NCBI RefSeq assembly: GCF_000007185.1
Contig: NC_003551.1
Coordinates: 1,020,001-1,052,000, forward strand
Reading direction: 5' to 3'
DNA: 32,000 nt
Origin: Methanopyrus kandleri AV19
GTDB taxonomy: Archaea > JAADCQ01 > Methanopyri > Methanopyrales > Methanopyraceae
Shown here: positions 29,464 to 32,000 of the stretch, piece after piece
How the letters are laid out: every line of letters starts with the position of its first letter
Numbering within the stretch: position 1 is the first letter of the stretch
The notes under the pieces: generated by a model
Databases searched by the model: none
Seen by the model: the letters and a program-made list of their open reading frames with translations, nothing else
Told to the model about the DNA's origin: nothing
Translations under genes and position numbers: made by a program

Positions 29464-30962
29464 CCCCAGCGTCTCGGTATTTCCGTGACGTACGAAACGA
29501 ACGCGTTGTAGGCTACTACTCGGTAAGCCTCCCTGCTGATCCTCCAGTACATCCTGATCGAGAAGATCAAGGAAAGTCCGGCGGCCAGAATGGCCCCCGT
29601 CAGGTAACCCATCGGGAGGAAGCTTTCCCCGAAGTACTTCCATACCAGCAGCTCCGTGGCTGGTACCGCGGATGTGACGAGCAGTGCCTCGAGGTCCCTA
29701 CGGAAGGTGAGGAGCTGCGGGTAAATGTAGACGAGAATGGCTCCCGGTAAACTTCCGATCAAATACATCATCAGGACGCTTATATTCGAGACATGGACTT
29801 TTAAGAACAACGCGCCGGTGGCCGTGAGCAGCAACGGTATCGCGTACTTCCTGGGCAGCTTCACCGCTCCGAGTCCCGCGAAGAACGACAGAGCGCCGAG
29901 CACGGCCAGTGAGATGTACCCCAGAGTCCGATGCACGGAGATGCCGATCGCGAGCATGATCAAAGCCGTGATCAGGCCGGCGAGCACGAGCGTCCAGGCG
30001 AGGCTCCGCCAGTACGCCTTCATGACGAACTCTCGGAGTGCGTACATTCCGTCCCAGTCCACGCGGTACAGGAGGTCGAGCTTCTCCTCCACGGAGTCCC
30101 AGAACTTGATCGCCGCCAAGGTGCCGGCGAACAGTGGCATCATGCCGACGAACGACGGGGAGTCCAGTGGGAAGTACGGGAACCCGTACTTAGACCAAAC
30201 TAGGAACTTATCGAAGAACATTACTAAGTAATACGCGATTGCGGACATCATCATGACCGAGTAGTCCGCGAACGCTGCAATAGCTACTTTCAGGCTTTTA
30301 ATTAGTAGATTGCCGCGCGTGAATATGGAGATTTTAGAGATTCTATTCACACCTTGGATGACATCTATGAAAGATAGTAACATCATAGCTACCAGTATAG
30401 TGGAGGCTACTAAATACGCTTGGTCCGCCTCTATGATCATTAGGGAGACTATAAATGAAATTACGAAAAGGGCCCACGGCATCGTTACTCGACGAGCGAT
30501 TAATCCCGGACGAGCCCAAGAAACGGCGGAATGAGCGGCCGTAAACATGTATGCTAATGTGGCCATAGGGGTCGCTATAGTGGTTGCTAGTGATATTTTT
30601 ATGTTGAACAGCTGAGTTAATTCATTGTAAAGAATAATCGAACATACGGTACAAAAAATTGTCGATAATATTATGATTCCAGGTATGGGTATGAACGTTT
30701 CTAGAAATAAGGTGTCTAAAATTACGCGTGAAACAAGTACTTGAAAGGGGGCGGAAGTAAGGACAGCTGCGATTAGTGAGAGGCTCACTGGAGCTAGTTT
30801 CGTCGATCCTAGGACTATGAGTGTGGACAGCACGAAGATAACTCCGAGTACAGGGGAAGCGCCTAAGACGATTTTTATGAGTACGACCGGGTTACTGGCG
30901 GCTCTACCTACTGAGCGGATTATCGCCACTAATGTGTCAGATATTGCGCCCAATTCAGTCAC
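29460..30962 (-). CDS. PelG-like polytopic exopolysaccharide export protein
   Basis: About 12 hydrophobic segments, early APFQVLVSRVILDTLFLE and central YYLVMFFDKFLVWSKYGFPYFPLDSPSFVGMMPLFAGTLAAIKFWDSVEEKLDLLYR resemble PelG. Start at GTG 30962 (8-nt overlap with the upstream stop) or ATG 30998. Confidence 0.72.
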   Translation of the reverse strand: MTELGAISDTLVAIIRSVGRAASNPVVLIKIVLGASPVLGVIFVLSTLIVLGSTKLAPVSLSLIAAVLTSAPFQVLVSRVILDTLFLETFIPIPGIIILSTIFCTVCSIILYNELTQLFNIKISLATTIATPMATLAYMFTAAHSAVSWARPGLIARRVTMPWALFVISFIVSLMIIEADQAYLVASTILVAMMLLSFIDVIQGVNRISKISIFTRGNLLIKSLKVAIAAFADYSVMMMSAIAYYLVMFFDKFLVWSKYGFPYFPLDSPSFVGMMPLFAGTLAAIKFWDSVEEKLDLLYRVDWDGMYALREFVMKAYWRSLAWTLVLAGLITALIMLAIGISVHRTLGYISLAVLGALSFFAGLGAVKLPRKYAIPLLLTATGALFLKVHVSNISVLMMYLIGSLPGAILVYIYPQLLTFRRDLEALLVTSAVPATELLVWKYFGESFLPMGYLTGAILAAGLSLIFSIRMYWRISREAYRVVAYNAFVSYVTEIPRRWG

Positions 30963-32000
30963 CCCTGGCGTATTTACAGTACTCCCGGAAGTAGTCATGA
31001 CACATGCGCATTACATCGTACTGTTTGGCGCGTTTGGTGGCATGATGTGCCATCTCGAACATTAACTCGGGATCGTAGAGTAGGCGTACCAGGTGCCTGG
31101 CGGCTTCGTCCGCGTCCTCGGATCGGAAGGTGCGACCGAAGTTCCTGTCGACTATGTACGGCACTGCGCCGACCTCGGAGGCTACTACCGGGCATCCACA
31201 GCTCATCGCCTCGAGGAGTGCCATTGGCAGTCCTTCCGAGCGGCTCGGTAGGAGGAAGATGTGGAACCTACGAAGCCACTTGACTACCTCGTCTGGAGTG
31301 CAGGGACCGTGGAACCTCACGATGTCTTCCAGGCCGTACTCCTTCACGAGTTTCCGGCACTCCTCGTAGTACGCCTCGTCTTCCACTGGGCCTACCACGT
31401 GGAACACGACATTGCCTATGTGCTCGACGGTGCGGGCCGCGATCTCGATAAGTACGTCGATACCCTTGACGCGTTCGATCCTCGTGATCGTACCGACCTC
31501 GAGCACTTCCGGCTCGTTGTACTTCCTCTCCAGGTCGCCGGGAGAGTACTTCCAGGTCTCTATTCCCGAGTAAACGACTTTGATTTTATCCTCAGGAGCT
31601 CCCTGCTCCAGGGCCAGCTCCGCGTGGTAGTCCGAGATTTCTATTATCTCCTCGCACTGCTCGTACGACGTGAGCATCATCGAGCGGAAGCACTCCTTGA
31701 AAAGCTCGCGTGTCGTCCTCCCGTACCCCTCCAGTCGCGTGTCGAGCTCCCTAAGCAGTATCCCGTGCTCGGTGATGATAAAGGGGACATTCCGTACCGC
31801 CTTCGCGACCGAGCACAGGAACCCGCATACTCCCGAGTTCTGGGCGTGCGCGACGTCACAGTTCGGTAGTCGTCTAGCGCCGGCGGCCGCCCCTAGCACG
31901 AAGGATGCTATGTTCACGGCTACCCAGAACACGTCGCTGAACGGGTTATTCTCGCACTTGTCCTCGTACTGGGAGGCTAGGTAGTGAACGTATCGTGCGA
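30955..32000 (-). CDS. PelF-like GT4-family glycosyltransferase, N-terminus truncated at the right window edge
   Basis: DVAHAQNSGVCGFLCSVAKAVRNVPFIITEHGILLRE, KVVYSGIETWKY, LLPSRSEGLPMALLEAMSCGCPVVASEVGAVPYIV. The frame stays open upstream of the track start 31932 to the edge (ARYVHYLASQYEDKCENNPFSD...). Confidence 0.82.
   Translation of the reverse strand, partial: ARYVHYLASQYEDKCENNPFSDVFWVAVNIASFVLGAAAGARRLPNCDVAHAQNSGVCGFLCSVAKAVRNVPFIITEHGILLRELDTRLEGYGRTTRELFKECFRSMMLTSYEQCEEIIEISDYHAELALEQGAPEDKIKVVYSGIETWKYSPGDLERKYNEPEVLEVGTITRIERVKGIDVLIEIAARTVEHIGNVVFHVVGPVEDEAYYEECRKLVKEYGLEDIVRFHGPCTPDEVVKWLRRFHIFLLPSRSEGLPMALLEAMSCGCPVVASEVGAVPYIVDRNFGRTFRSEDADEAARHLVRLLYDPELMFEMAHHATKRAKQYDVMRMCHDYFREYCKYARGD

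Overview
This is a GC-rich, gene-dense archaeal chromosomal segment. Gene content (MptE, archaeal split glutamate synthase pieces, CarS, an Fe-S-rich Tes-like radical SAM enzyme, archaeal Elp3) is consistent with a methanogen, very probably Methanopyrus. I find about 28 protein-coding genes and one tRNA-Thr(GGT). No rRNA, CRISPR array or transposase was recognised. Most of the window is housekeeping, biosynthetic or cofactor genes in tight operons. The observations most worth a second look are: (1) a PelF-like glycosyltransferase and PelG-like exporter pair at the right edge, overlapped by an e-MtaB-type tRNA methylthiotransferase gene; (2) carS and a Tes-like radical SAM gene starting divergently only 18 bp apart, at the head of a long carS-pyrE-purD-argF-mdh-GT run; (3) a V4R-domain gene broken by a single-base frameshift near 25665, next to a metallo-beta-lactamase gene and a divergent unknown gene with a V4R-like C-terminus; (4) a MobB-like P-loop protein carrying an embedded Fe-S-like cysteine cluster; (5) an elp3 5' end at the left edge that is missing from the supplied ORF track; (6) a class II amidotransferase whose expected catalytic Cys is residue 3. 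I saw no unambiguous new defence or mobile system. All family assignments come from motif reading, not database searches.
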